64,000 bases of DNA from contig CAXXGJ010000038.1 in NCBI GenBank assembly GCA_963677895.2, forward strand, positions 256,001 to 320,000. Direction: 5' to 3'. The translations under genes and the position numbers were made by a program. Each line of letters opens with the position of its first letter. Positions within the stretch are counted from its first letter, which is position 1. The DNA is from Treponemataceae bacterium. GTDB lineage: Bacteria; Spirochaetota; Spirochaetia; Treponematales; Rectinemataceae. Under the pieces are notes generated by a model that saw only the letters and a list, made by a program, of their open reading frames with translations, ran no database searches and had not been told where the DNA came from. Positions 38,147 to 48,863 of this stretch are shown here, one piece after another.

Positions 38147-38149
38147 AGA

Positions 38150-39424
38150 TTACACTCCCAAGAACTTTCCGATGGGGTTCGCGAAAATGATCACGACGAC
38201 TCCAACGATGACTGTCAGAACTGCTGGCAGCGCGCAATAGCGGTTGATGCGTCCATATTTCGGCTCGCCGATGAGGCCCGCGGTCACGACCGGCGTGAGG
38301 GCGACTGGCGGCATATAGCTGCCTATGGCCGCGATGAGAGAGAGCGCCGAAAGTACGACGATTTGGTTCTTGCCGAGGAGAGCCAAGGCGAAGGGCACTC
38401 CGAGAATGGACGCCGCGCCGAACACCGAGATGCCACCGAAAAGCGGAATGATGAGGGCGATGCTCACCAGCATGAGCGATGAGGGAAGAGACAGCGCCGC
38501 CACGACGATGCCGCCCCGCATGCCGGTCAACGTCATCACCTCGATGAGCATGCCGACGCCGAAGAGCAGCCCCACGACGGGAAGAATGTCCGAGATGCCT
38601 TGTTGCGCGACCTTGAAAATTTTGAAGCGCTTGCCCGTCACGATTCCGATGAGCGTGCCGATGAGAAAAGTCAAAGGCAGCATGAGGTCGGGGAACCAGC
38701 GCGGAAAGGCCTTGGGTCCGATCATGAGGACGATGACGACAATCAGGGGAATATAGATGGTCCAGCCGGTTTTCTCTTTCGTCTTCCTGTTCTCGGCGAC
38801 GACTATGGAGAGTTTATTCCTGTCTACGTACCTGTAGCCAATGTAGAGCGTCGTGAGAATGGCGAGAGGAAAGGTGATGAGGGCTAGTATGCCGTCGAAG
38901 CCGACATAGGGCAGGTCTATGCCGCCGCCGATGATCATGACGGGGATGTTGACGGGCGGAGCGATCATGCCGAACACCGAGGCGCTGGTGATGACGGCGC
39001 CGGCCACGGCCAGAGGCATGCCCATCTGCATAAGTATGGGCGCGACGAGGGCGCCCGTTCCGAGCACCGACGCCGTGCAGGAACCCGTGATCATGCCGGG
39101 GAACATAATGATGATGGTCAAGGCGACGAGGAGAAGCAGCGGAGATCGGCCGAAGGCCGAGATGACCGCGCGGGTGAGTTCGGCGAGCATGCCGTTCGCC
39201 TCGATGACCTTGATGAAAACCATCGCCGTGATGAGGACGAGACAGGTGTCCAGATAGCCGAACATGCCTTCCACGAGCTTGTCGAGGGGAAAACCCGCGC
39301 CGGCCACCAAAGCCACCACGATCGAGGTGATGACGAGGCTGAGAGAGGCGGGAAGCTTCGCGAGAAGGACGAGGAGGACAAAACAGGCTATCATCAAGCC
39401 GAGCAGCAGAAGATAGGTTGTCAT
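38150..39424 (-). CDS. TRAP large-permease (DctM)/ion-transporter superfamily membrane protein
   Basis: About 12 TM segments; PGMITGS, GMIAPPVNIP, MPPVAL. Confidence 0.8.
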   Translation of the reverse strand: MTTYLLLLGLMIACFVLLVLLAKLPASLSLVITSIVVALVAGAGFPLDKLVEGMFGYLDTCLVLITAMVFIKVIEANGMLAELTRAVISAFGRSPLLLLVALTIIIMFPGMITGSCTASVLGTGALVAPILMQMGMPLAVAGAVITSASVFGMIAPPVNIPVMIIGGGIDLPYVGFDGILALITFPLAILTTLYIGYRYVDRNKLSIVVAENRKTKEKTGWTIYIPLIVVIVLMIGPKAFPRWFPDLMLPLTFLIGTLIGIVTGKRFKIFKVAQQGISDILPVVGLLFGVGMLIEVMTLTGMRGGIVVAALSLPSSLMLVSIALIIPLFGGISVFGAASILGVPFALALLGKNQIVVLSALSLIAAIGSYMPPVALTPVVTAGLIGEPKYGRINRYCALPAVLTVIVGVVVIIFANPIGKFLGV

Positions 39425-39481
39425 CTGAGTCCGCCTTTCATCGTAAACCATTTCATGAGAATGACCTTCCTTTCGATGAAT

Positions 39482-39511
39482 ATGGGTGCCGCTACGTTAG
39501 GCGGCACCCAT
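39482..39511. other. Intercistronic stem-loop after ggt
   Basis: ATGGGTGCCGC-N8-GCGGCACCCAT, with no strong U-tract. Confidence 0.6.
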
Positions 39512-39539
39512 TAAACGCTATGGTGCTAGAGAGAATAGT

Positions 39540-41225
39540 TTAGAAGGCCGCAGCCTGTCCATCACGTCGGGGGTCGGCGCCTCCATGAAGGATACCAGCG
39601 GTATAATCGTAGAGGACGGCGTGCACGCCGCCGAAATAGGCATCCCAGTCACCGCGAACCGTGACCGTATGGCCCAGCTTCTTGAGCGCTTCGTAGGTGT
39701 TAATGGAATAGCGGCCTTCGAGATTGAGGGCGCCTGAAGCCATCTGGAAGACTCTGGGAGCGAGAATGGCTTCCTGGATGGGCATGCCGAAATCGATCAC
39801 GTTGGAGATGACCTGCGCGACCGTCGGGAAGATGCGCGTCGCGCCGGGAGAGCCGAGCGTCATGAAGGATCTTCCCTGGGGATCGAGGACGAGGGTCGGG
39901 CTGATGCTGGAGAGGGGACGCTTGCCGGGTTCGACGGAGTTGACGGAGCCGGGAGTCGGCACGAAATCGTCCATCTCGTCGTTCATGATGATGCCCGTGC
40001 CGGGAACGACGACGCCCGAACCGAAGAAGTAGTTGATCGTCTTGGTAATGCTCACCATGTTGCCTTCCCTGTCCATGACGGCGAGGCTCGTCGTGGAGCC
40101 GGATTCGTATTTGGAGGGATCACCGGCGGTGGCGGAGGCCATGGGTTTGGCGACGTCGATCTTGGCGGCGAGGGTTTTCGCGTACTCTTTGGACGTGAGG
40201 CCGGCGAGGGGAACTTTCACGAAATCGGTGTCAGCCATGTACTTGGAGCGGTCCGCGAAGGTCATCTTAAGCGTCTCGGCCCATAGGTGGGCGTTGGCCG
40301 CCGAACCCTGGACGGATTTCGCGACATCGAAATTCTCCATGATGTTGAGCATTTCTATAAGATGCGTCCCGCCCGAAGATGCGGGGGGAACGGAGAGAAT
40401 CCTATATCCGCGGTAGGTGCCCACGACGGGTTCACGAATCTTCACCTCGTAGTTCGCGAGGTCTTCCATCGTCATGATTCCGCCGCGTTTCTGGACTTCG
40501 GCGACGATCGCCTGGGCAATTTCGCCCTTATAGATGGCGTCTTCGCCGTAGATCCCGACCTTCGCAAGGGTGTTCGCGTAATCCAGGTTGGTGAAGGTGT
40601 CACCTATTTCATAGGGAAGCCCTTCGTTCAGGAAAATCTTCGCGCCTTCCTCATACTGCACGAGCTTCTTGTAATTATCATTGATGATCTGGGCAAGGTT
40701 GACCGTTACGGGCACGCCCTTCAGCGCCCAGCCGATGGCCGGCTGCACGAGATCCATACGCGATAGATTTCCCGAACCGAAATGATCAAAGGCATAGAGA
40801 AGGCCCTTCACTTCGCCGGGCACGCCGATGGAAAGTCCGCCCTCGAAGGTGGAGCCGGGAATGACTTTCCCGTCCTTTCCTAGATACATCGTCGGGGTGG
40901 AGGCTCCAGGGGCGCATTCGCGGAAGTCGACGACTACGGCCTTGTCCATGTTGGCCATCTTGATGATCATGAATCCGCCGCCGCCTACGCCGGAAGCGTT
41001 GGGTTCCAGGACGTGGAGCGCGAATGCCGTGGCGACGGCGGCGTCGACGGCGTTTCCGCCTTTCTTGAGAATATCGATGCCTACCTGCGAGGCTTCCGGT
41101 TTCGCCGCGGCGACTACGCCATTTTTACCTTGGGCGCCACGGCCATAGAGATTGACGGGCGTCTGGGCAAAGGCTGCGGATATACCAGCGGTCAGTAAAA
41201 TGAAGATTGCCAACAATTTTTTCAT
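39540..41225 (-). CDS. ggt: Gamma-glutamyltransferase (exported)
   Basis: Signal peptide, GGNAVDAAVA, SGVGGGGF, DFRE, autoprocessing Thr in GSTTSL, GKRPLSS, DPRRDG. Confidence 0.95.
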   Translation of the reverse strand: MKKLLAIFILLTAGISAAFAQTPVNLYGRGAQGKNGVVAAAKPEASQVGIDILKKGGNAVDAAVATAFALHVLEPNASGVGGGGFMIIKMANMDKAVVVDFRECAPGASTPTMYLGKDGKVIPGSTFEGGLSIGVPGEVKGLLYAFDHFGSGNLSRMDLVQPAIGWALKGVPVTVNLAQIINDNYKKLVQYEEGAKIFLNEGLPYEIGDTFTNLDYANTLAKVGIYGEDAIYKGEIAQAIVAEVQKRGGIMTMEDLANYEVKIREPVVGTYRGYRILSVPPASSGGTHLIEMLNIMENFDVAKSVQGSAANAHLWAETLKMTFADRSKYMADTDFVKVPLAGLTSKEYAKTLAAKIDVAKPMASATAGDPSKYESGSTTSLAVMDREGNMVSITKTINYFFGSGVVVPGTGIIMNDEMDDFVPTPGSVNSVEPGKRPLSSISPTLVLDPQGRSFMTLGSPGATRIFPTVAQVISNVIDFGMPIQEAILAPRVFQMASGALNLEGRYSINTYEALKKLGHTVTVRGDWDAYFGGVHAVLYDYTAGILHGGADPRRDGQAAAF

Positions 41226-41384
41226 TCACTCCTCCCTTTTAAAATAAAAGTTCACGAACGGCTCAATGATGGGGCGGGCTCTCCCTTCCTGTCAAGGGAA
41301 ATCCCGACCAAATATGAGGATTGGGCCTTGTGAATATTGGCTATTCAGGAATCTCGGGAAGCTCGTGAATATTTTTACTAAGAA

Positions 41385-42779
41385 TCAAAGACCATAGCGC
41401 TTTATCTTGTATTGAATGTTCCGTCTGCTTATGCCAAGCGCCTCGGCGGCTTTGCTGCGATTGCCTCCGCAGTTTTTAAGCGCCTGCGAGATGGCGTCCT
41501 TTTCGATTTCGTCCATCGATTCAGAGGCTGCTTCTTTTCCGGTGGATTCATTTCGGCCGTACGGAATCCCCGCGGTTTCGGGCTTTCCCGACAGGGAGCG
41601 CGCCAACGCGGGACGATCCTGATTCGGAAGGGCGAAGTCGAGGTCGGCCACCTCTATGAGGCTGTTCTCGCAATAGATCATAGCCCTTTCGAGGACGTTT
41701 TCCAATTCCCGGATGTTCCCGGGGAACTCGTAGGCGGAAAGCCGCTCCATCGCGTCGGCGCTGAGCGTTTTCGGGGCCTTCCCCATGCGGTCGCAGAGCT
41801 TCTGGAGGACGTGGCGCGCGATAAGGGGGATGTCTTCCTTCCTCTCCCTCAAGGGAGGAATCCGGATTCTCACCACGTTCAGGCGGTAATACAAATCTTC
41901 GCGGAATCGGCCTTCGGCGACGAGATCGTCGATATTCTTGTTGGTGGCGGAGAGTATCCTGGCGGCCACGGGGAGGTCCCGCGTCCCGCCCAGTCTCCTG
42001 ATCCTGCGTTCCTGAAGCACCCGCAGCAACTTTACCTGAAGCGGGAGGGGCATGTCGCCTATTTCGTCGAGGAAAATCGTGCCGGCTCCGGCCAGCTCGA
42101 AAAGTCCCGGTTTCCTGGCGTCGGCGCCCGTGAAAGCCCCCTTTTCGTGGCCGAAAAGCTCACTCTCCACGAGTTCGGCGTGCATGCCGCCGATGTTTAC
42201 CGCCACGAAAGGTTCCCCCGCCCCCTTCGAGGCGCCGTGGATCTCCCTGGCGACGACTTCCTTGCCCGTCCCGCTCTCTCCGGTTATGAGGACGGTGCTG
42301 TCCGTCGCCGCCACCCTCTCGATGACGGACCTGAGCGAACGTATCGAAGGGGACTCGCCTACGAGCCTCGAAGGGGCTCCCGCCGTCCTCGTGTGGGCTT
42401 CCAGCGCGTCGTCGCGCTTCCTGTTGAGCGCAGCGCTCCTCACTTTGCGTATGAGTTCTTCCGGATCGAAGGGTTTCAGGAGATAATCTTCCGCGCCCGA
42501 CTTAAGAGCCCTCACGGCGTCGGATATCTCGCCCAGGGCCGAAATCATGATGACCGGCGAACGAATCCCTTCGGACACGATCCACTCGAGGAGGGCCTGC
42601 CCGCCCATTCTCGGCATGCGCAGGTCCAGGATAATGGCGTCGAAGTTCTGGCCTGTGAGAGTCTCCTTGCCTTCTATGCCGTCCGAGGCTGTCGTGACGC
42701 TGATGCCTTCCAGGCCAAAAAGCTTCTGGATCGAATCGCGTATGTTTTTTTCGTCGTCGACGACCAGCACTTTCATCAT
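41385..42779 (-). CDS. Sigma54-dependent response regulator (NtrC/AtoC type)
   Basis: Receiver VVDDE...DLRMP...KPF; GESGTGKE, ESELFGHEKGAFTGA, FLDEIG; Fis-type HTH. Confidence 0.95.
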   Translation of the reverse strand: MMKVLVVDDEKNIRDSIQKLFGLEGISVTTASDGIEGKETLTGQNFDAIILDLRMPRMGGQALLEWIVSEGIRSPVIMISALGEISDAVRALKSGAEDYLLKPFDPEELIRKVRSAALNRKRDDALEAHTRTAGAPSRLVGESPSIRSLRSVIERVAATDSTVLITGESGTGKEVVAREIHGASKGAGEPFVAVNIGGMHAELVESELFGHEKGAFTGADARKPGLFELAGAGTIFLDEIGDMPLPLQVKLLRVLQERRIRRLGGTRDLPVAARILSATNKNIDDLVAEGRFREDLYYRLNVVRIRIPPLRERKEDIPLIARHVLQKLCDRMGKAPKTLSADAMERLSAYEFPGNIRELENVLERAMIYCENSLIEVADLDFALPNQDRPALARSLSGKPETAGIPYGRNESTGKEAASESMDEIEKDAISQALKNCGGNRSKAAEALGISRRNIQYKIKRYGL

Positions 42780-44134
42780 GAGACCGCCTCCGGCAAGGCG
42801 AGCCTGGCGCGGGTTCCGCCGCCTTCGCGCCGTTCAAGGCTGATCGTGCCGCCCACTTCTTTCGCGAACCGCACGCAGATGGCCAACCCGATGCCGGTTC
42901 CCTGACTTTTCGTGGTGAAGAAGGGGTCGAAAACGCGGGCCTTATCCGCCGGGGCTATCCCCTTCCCCCTGTCCAGGACATCGATGTTCACTTTTCCGTT
43001 CCTGGCTTCCATGGCTATACTGATTTCTTCCGGATTACCGCCGCTTTCTATGGCGTTGCGCAGAAGGTTTTCGAGGATCGAACGGTAACGCTCCGGATCC
43101 ATCAGGATTCTCAAACCAGAGGTTCCGGCCTCGACGAGGGATCGCCCGCAGAGCCGCAAGCCGGCTTCCGAGGCAATTTCGGCCGGGTCGAGGATAGTTG
43201 GAAAGCCCTTGGGGTCGCGCAGATAGTCGTTTACCCTCGTGGTGAGCCTGGAGAGCCTCTCCACTTCGGTATTGATGATGCCCACCTCCATTTTGGATTC
43301 CTCCGGAAGCGTCTTTTCCAGGATGCTGGTCTGGAGCCTTATGGCGAGCAGAGGATTCTTGATTTCGTGGGCCAATGTGCTCGCGGCCGTCCCGAGCACG
43401 ACGAGGTTTTTCTGCTTCTCCAGCCTGTCGAGGAACTCGCGGTTTCGAACCACGAGAAGCCGGATGAAAAAGACGAGACCGGCAAGGATGATTTCGACGA
43501 TGGGGAAAAGTATTCTCATGAGATAGGTTTTTCGCCACAGTTCGGGCTGGCGCAGCTCCAGGAAGACGACGTCGCTGTCGCGAAGCAGTTCCAGCATGAA
43601 AGAGCGCGGCTTGGGGAAGTTATTGTCCGCTTCATAAGCGGCGGCGGCCGCCGCCGCGATCGCCATCTTTTCGGCGGCTGTCGTTTCGGCCGCCGCCGCG
43701 CCGGTGTATGCGGGGAACCCCTCGCGGGGATGAGGCGGAGGGATCATCCGCGTCGGCCGTAGGATGAGCACGAGGGAATGGTTTTTTTCGTTCTCGCTGT
43801 AGAGGCGCACCTGGTTGCCTTCGTCCAGGGCGGGCAGTCCGGCCGCGCTGTACGTCGCCGGTACTTCGCCCCAGGAATAGAGCCCCTTGCCCTGGACGTC
43901 GTAGAGCCCAAGGCCGAGGACGCGATCCTTCAGCGTCGCGTTCTGTTCTATGGCCGACCCGAAATCGTCGTACACCTTCTGGCTCGTGAAAAGGGCGTTC
44001 ATGGTCTGTTCGGCTTCGTTCCGGCTCTCGAGACGATAGAGGAGACTCTGGCCCCTGAATATCATCCCGTTCGCGAGGGAGAGAAGGATAAATACCAGAA
44101 CGGCGATCGCGGCCGATGCCTTATGCCCTTTCAC
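42776..44134 (-). CDS. Membrane sensor histidine kinase
   Basis: Two TM helices, AHEIKNPL, NLLRNA, DRGKG, FDPFFTTK, GTGIGL. Confidence 0.95.
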   Translation of the reverse strand: MKGHKASAAIAVLVFILLSLANGMIFRGQSLLYRLESRNEAEQTMNALFTSQKVYDDFGSAIEQNATLKDRVLGLGLYDVQGKGLYSWGEVPATYSAAGLPALDEGNQVRLYSENEKNHSLVLILRPTRMIPPPHPREGFPAYTGAAAAETTAAEKMAIAAAAAAAYEADNNFPKPRSFMLELLRDSDVVFLELRQPELWRKTYLMRILFPIVEIILAGLVFFIRLLVVRNREFLDRLEKQKNLVVLGTAASTLAHEIKNPLLAIRLQTSILEKTLPEESKMEVGIINTEVERLSRLTTRVNDYLRDPKGFPTILDPAEIASEAGLRLCGRSLVEAGTSGLRILMDPERYRSILENLLRNAIESGGNPEEISIAMEARNGKVNIDVLDRGKGIAPADKARVFDPFFTTKSQGTGIGLAICVRFAKEVGGTISLERREGGGTRARLALPEAVS

Positions 44135-44171
44135 GAAAACCTCCAGGCTTTCCGCCCTATGGCTCAGAATA

Positions 44172-45506
44172 TCATTGCAGCAGCGATAGAAGAAGTGCTT
44201 CGTCGTCCAGGCCGGCCAGATTCCTGAGGGCGGACAGGCCGTTGAGGAAGGTATAGCGCGCCGAGATGAGCGACGAGCGATTGCTGCTCACGAGCAGCTC
44301 GGCGTCCGATAGATCGGAGGAAGAAGCCTTGGACAGCCTGAAAAGTTCCAGCTCGACCTCGTAGTTGCTCTCCGCGTATTCGAGCGCTTTCCCTGAAGAG
44401 GAGACCGAACGCGCCGCCGAGATGAGGTCGTAGGCGGCGCTCTGGATGCCGAGGCTCAAGTCCTCGATGTCGGATTCCATGCTGAGCGCGGTTTTCTTGG
44501 CCTCTAGCGTCTTGGTCTGGACCGTATTCTTCGTGACGTAGCCATCGAGGGGGATCGAGACGGACAGGCTGAGGCTTCCCTTGGAGGCCATATCCAGTCC
44601 GGCGGCGTCATATGAGGCGGCATGGGTCCATCCCGCGGTAACGGAGGGCAGATACCCTGTCTTGGCGGCCTCTATTTCCTTCTCCGCCTGGCTCAAGGCC
44701 AGTGAAGATACCGCCAGAGTCGGATTGTTCGCTAGGGCGGAAGCCTGCAGTTTCGCGATGAAAACATCGGTCGACAAGTCGTCGAAGGACATGAGAGTCG
44801 CCATCAGCGTATCGTATCGGGAAAAAGCGATGGCTTCCGGCGTCAGCGCGGAACCGGTGACCGACTTCATTTTCGCCTTGGCCACGGCCAAGGTCCTTCG
44901 CGCCTGGCTCAGCGCCGTTTCCTTCGATGCCGTCTCCGCCTGCGCTTCCATCACCAGGGCCTTTATGACGATACCAGAGTCGAATTTGGCCTGCGCTATG
45001 GCCTGGTGCGCCTTGGATGCCGAGAGGTCGCTCTCGGCCGCCTCGACGACCGCCTGAGCCTCCAGCACCGCGTAGTATGCCGAATCGGTGGACTCGAGCA
45101 CATCGAGATAAGCGGCTCGGGCTTCTTTCCTCGCGCTCTCGGTGGCGAGCTTATCGATCGCCAGAAGAATGGCGTTCTTGCCCCCGTCGTAGACGGTCTG
45201 CGACAGGGAGACAGATGCCGTTACCGTCGCCGAATCGGCGATGGTCGATGCGCTGCCGGCAGGATAGCTGATTCCGCCGCTCAAGTCCAAGGAAGCTTGC
45301 GGATACAGTTCGTAACGCTGGGCCTTTTCGGCCAGAAGGCTGGAATCCACGCTGAGCAGGGTTTGCTGTAAAGTGTTGGATTTCGCGAGGGCGAGCTCCC
45401 TCGCCTTTTCAAGGCTCAAGCCTTGGCTCGCGGCATCTCCCGCCCAGAGGTTCATTCCCCCGAGCACGAAAAAAGCCAGAAAGACTATCGCACATTTGGA
45501 TTTCAT
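44172..45506 (-). CDS. TolC family outer-membrane efflux protein
   Basis: Signal peptide, LSLEKA...A, two OEP repeats (LYPQ.S, YLPSV). Confidence 0.9.
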   Translation of the reverse strand: MKSKCAIVFLAFFVLGGMNLWAGDAASQGLSLEKARELALAKSNTLQQTLLSVDSSLLAEKAQRYELYPQASLDLSGGISYPAGSASTIADSATVTASVSLSQTVYDGGKNAILLAIDKLATESARKEARAAYLDVLESTDSAYYAVLEAQAVVEAAESDLSASKAHQAIAQAKFDSGIVIKALVMEAQAETASKETALSQARRTLAVAKAKMKSVTGSALTPEAIAFSRYDTLMATLMSFDDLSTDVFIAKLQASALANNPTLAVSSLALSQAEKEIEAAKTGYLPSVTAGWTHAASYDAAGLDMASKGSLSLSVSIPLDGYVTKNTVQTKTLEAKKTALSMESDIEDLSLGIQSAAYDLISAARSVSSSGKALEYAESNYEVELELFRLSKASSSDLSDAELLVSSNRSSLISARYTFLNGLSALRNLAGLDDEALLLSLLQ

Positions 45507-45519
45507 GATTTTCTCCTTG

Positions 45520-46716
45520 TCATTCGTAGCGAAGCGCTTCGATGGGATAGAGCCGCGACGCTTTCTTCGCCGGATAATAGCCGAAGAACACCCCCACGAC
45601 GGCGGCGAAGCCCGCCGAAACGGCCACGACGAGCGGGTTGATGATGGCCGGAATCTGGGCGAAACTCCCGAGCAGCTTCACGATGACGAAGGCGAGCGCG
45701 ATGCCTATGATGCCGCCGCAGAGGCTCAGCAGTATCGACTCGGACAGAAACTGCAAGAGAATGTCCTTGCTTCGCGCGCCGACCGCCATGCGTATGCCGA
45801 TTTCCCTCGTCCGCTCGGTCACCGAGACGAGCATGATATTCATGATGCCGATGCCGCCGACGATCAGCGATACTCCGGCGATGGCGGCGAGCAGGGTCGT
45901 GAGCGTCGCGGCGCTCGCCGAGGCCGTGGCGATGATCTCGGCCTGGTTCATCACGTCGAAATCGGCCTCGTCGTTCTGCCCCAGCCTATGGGCTTCGCGC
46001 AGTATCGTCGTGACCTCGGCCTGCGCGGCATCCATGAGATCCTCGCGGGTCACGCTCATCTCGATGGAATTCAGGTACTTGCTCTTCTGGAGCCGCGCCA
46101 GCGCCGTGGAGAGCGGCACCATCACGACATCGTCCTGGTCCTCGCCCATGCCGCTGCTCCCTTTGGATTCGAGGACGCCTATCACCGTGAAGATCGTGGA
46201 TCCGATCCTCAGCCTTTGTCCCACCGGGTCCGTATCGGCGAAAAGCTCTTTGGCCACCGTGCTGCCGATGACAGCCACCTTATTCCTGGATGTTTCGTCG
46301 CTTTCGGTGAAGAACTCTCCTTGCGCCATGGTCCACTGTTTTATGATTGTATACCCGGTCTGCACGCCCCTGACGGTGGTGGGCCAGTTGCCGGAGCCTC
46401 CCACCACTTCGGTGTCGTTGCTCTGCACCGAACCGGAGATCGCGGAGATATAGCTCGATTCGGCCATTATTTTCTCGATATCGCTCTCGGTGATCCTGTT
46501 GGCCTCGCGGGGACCGCGGGGCGGCATCACCATGAGGAGGTTGGTGCCCATCGACGCTATGTTCTTCGCTATCTGAGCCTGGGATCCCTGGCCTACCGCG
46601 ACCATCACGATCACCGAGCAGACGCCGATTATGATTCCCAGCGAGGTGAGCAGGCTCCGCATCCTATTCCTGAGGATGCTCCTCGTCGAAAGAGAAAGTA
46701 GTTTACCGATGCTCAT
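45520..46716 (-). CDS. MacB/FtsX-like ABC permease
   Basis: RSLLTSLGIIIGV, GGIGIMNIMLVSVTERTREIGIRMAVGA, PIEALRYE. Confidence 0.95.
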   Translation of the reverse strand: MSIGKLLSLSTRSILRNRMRSLLTSLGIIIGVCSVIVMVAVGQGSQAQIAKNIASMGTNLLMVMPPRGPREANRITESDIEKIMAESSYISAISGSVQSNDTEVVGGSGNWPTTVRGVQTGYTIIKQWTMAQGEFFTESDETSRNKVAVIGSTVAKELFADTDPVGQRLRIGSTIFTVIGVLESKGSSGMGEDQDDVVMVPLSTALARLQKSKYLNSIEMSVTREDLMDAAQAEVTTILREAHRLGQNDEADFDVMNQAEIIATASASAATLTTLLAAIAGVSLIVGGIGIMNIMLVSVTERTREIGIRMAVGARSKDILLQFLSESILLSLCGGIIGIALAFVIVKLLGSFAQIPAIINPLVVAVSAGFAAVVGVFFGYYPAKKASRLYPIEALRYE

Positions 46717-47453
46717 GCCGCCCCCCTTATCTTCTTAGCCGCCAGGTCGGCCGCCGCGTTCCCCGGCTTTTCCACGGCGGTGTCGGAGATGATGGCGCCG
46801 TCCCTCATCGTGATGATCCTGTTCGTGTAAGCCGCCACTTCGGGTTCATGCGTCACCATCACGATCGTTATTCCCTTGGCGTTCAGCTCCTGGAACAACG
46901 ACATGACTTCGAGCGTCATTTCCGAATCCAGGTTGCCGGTGGGTTCGTCGGCCAGCACGAAGGCCGGGTTGTTGATCATCGCCCGCGCTATGGCCACCCG
47001 CTGCTGCTGTCCGCCCGAAAGCTGGGAAGGCAGGTGATAAAGCCTTGAGCCAAGCCCTACGGCTTCGAGCACTTCCACTCCTCTCTTGGCGGGATCGCCG
47101 TCGAGACCGCCTCGCCGGTAAAGGAGCGGCAGCTGGACATTCTCCAGCGCCGTCGTCCTGGCGAGAAGATTGAAGCCCTGGAACACGAAACCGATCTTTC
47201 TGTTGCGGATGTCCGCGAAGGTATTGTCGTCGGCCGCGGCGATATCCTCGCCGTCGAGGAAGTAGCTTCCCGCCGTGGGCTTGTCCAGGCAGCCGAGTAT
47301 GTTCATGAGGGTCGATTTTCCCGATCCTGAAGGCCCCATGATGGAGACGAACTCGCCCGAATCGACGTCCAGATCCAGGCCTCTTATCGCTTTTACGGTT
47401 ATGTCGCCCAACTCGTAGTGGCGCTTTATGCCGCGCAGCTCGATGATTGCCAT
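46713..47453 (-). CDS. ABC transporter ATPase (MacB/LolD type)
   Basis: [34 protein letters not shown]. Confidence 0.96.
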   Translation of the reverse strand: MAIIELRGIKRHYELGDITVKAIRGLDLDVDSGEFVSIMGPSGSGKSTLMNILGCLDKPTAGSYFLDGEDIAAADDNTFADIRNRKIGFVFQGFNLLARTTALENVQLPLLYRRGGLDGDPAKRGVEVLEAVGLGSRLYHLPSQLSGGQQQRVAIARAMINNPAFVLADEPTGNLDSEMTLEVMSLFQELNAKGITIVMVTHEPEVAAYTNRIITMRDGAIISDTAVEKPGNAAADLAAKKIRGAA

Positions 47454-47457
47454 ATGC

Positions 47458-48834
47458 CTACTCCGCCTTTTCGCGAAGGATGATGTTCATCCCTTCCAGA
47501 TCGTCGGCGCCGATTATTTCAGTGCGCGCGCCATCGGTCGATCCTACGCCAACCATTCTCACGGCGAGTTTCCCCTGGCTGTCCAAATACCAGAGCGCCT
47601 TCTTCGCCACGGTTGAATCCGCCGCCGCCGAGACGGACGCGTCCGATGCGGTCCCTGTCTCCGTCCCCGTAGATGCCGTTTTCTTGTTTCCGAATCCGCC
47701 GGGACCGCCGGGGCCACCCTGACCGCCGCCGGTCAGTATGCCGGAAAGACCGCTCGTCTTCGTCGAGCCCGCGCTCTTGGCGAGATCGGTAGCCTTCAGC
47801 GCTGCGTCGTATTCGGCGAGCGCGGCTTTTTTCGCGTCTTCGGAGAGATCCGCAAGGCCGGCAGCGTAGACCATGCGCTGGATTTCCTGGGCGCCGAGGC
47901 TGGACGGCTGGTATCGCAACGCCGAATTCTGGACGAGGAGAGCGTTCTCCCTGGTTTCCTTGATGAACTCCACGTTGGCCGTCATGCCGGGCAGAAGCGT
48001 GCCGTCCTCGTTCTCGGCTTTTATGATCACGTAATAGTTGACGACGTTGTCCGTCGTTTCCGGCACGAGCCTGATGGTCCCCACCGATCCCGAGTATGTC
48101 TTTCCGGAATTGGCCTCCACGGTGAAGCGCACCGCTTGCCCCACTTTTATGGAGCCGATGTCGAGCTCATCCACTTCGGCCTTTATCTCCATCTTGGAGA
48201 GATCTTCGGCCAGGGTGAAAAGCGCGGTCGCGTTCGAGCTCGACCCTTCCACGACGCTCTGCCCGACATCGACGTCCTTCTCGAGGACGATGCCGTCTAT
48301 GGGGGACTTTATCTGCGCGTACTGGGTGAGCTGGGTTTCGATGACCTTCAGCGCGGACTGGGCGGAACTGAGCGTCGCCTTCTTCACGTCGAGCGTGGTT
48401 TTGCTCGATTTCAGGTCGTATTCGGATACGAGGCCTTTGGCGGCCAGCGTGGAATTGTTCTGATAATCGAGGGCCGCGAGATTGTAGTTGGCTTGGGCTA
48501 TGTTGAGGTCGGCCTGCGCTTCCTTCTGTTCGAGCTCGAGCATGTCGGTGTTGAGGGTGACGAGAACCTGTCCTTTCTTGACGGTATCATTGTAGTCCGC
48601 GAAAACTTTCTCGACTCTGCCGCTCATCTGCGAGAGGACGCTGACGCTTGAGACAGGCGCCAGGGTGCCGGAGCTTGTCACCACGGTTTCGAGGGTGCCC
48701 CTCGATGCCGCGGTAAATTCATAATTGCTTTTTGATACGTTTGCCTTTTCGCCGGTTCGGATGCTCAAAAGCAGCATCGCAGCGCTCGCTACTAAAACCG
48801 CGGCCATAATTCCTGCTATCCATTTCTTTTTCAT
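47458..48834 (-). CDS. Efflux periplasmic adaptor (MacA-like membrane fusion protein)
   Basis: V.SQMSGRV, IKSPIDG, VDELDIG, LLPGMTA. Confidence 0.93.
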   Translation of the reverse strand: MKKKWIAGIMAAVLVASAAMLLLSIRTGEKANVSKSNYEFTAASRGTLETVVTSSGTLAPVSSVSVLSQMSGRVEKVFADYNDTVKKGQVLVTLNTDMLELEQKEAQADLNIAQANYNLAALDYQNNSTLAAKGLVSEYDLKSSKTTLDVKKATLSSAQSALKVIETQLTQYAQIKSPIDGIVLEKDVDVGQSVVEGSSSNATALFTLAEDLSKMEIKAEVDELDIGSIKVGQAVRFTVEANSGKTYSGSVGTIRLVPETTDNVVNYYVIIKAENEDGTLLPGMTANVEFIKETRENALLVQNSALRYQPSSLGAQEIQRMVYAAGLADLSEDAKKAALAEYDAALKATDLAKSAGSTKTSGLSGILTGGGQGGPGGPGGFGNKKTASTGTETGTASDASVSAAADSTVAKKALWYLDSQGKLAVRMVGVGSTDGARTEIIGADDLEGMNIILREKAE

Positions 48835-48863
48835 TGCGGGTTCTCCTTCCTCGCAATATATAA

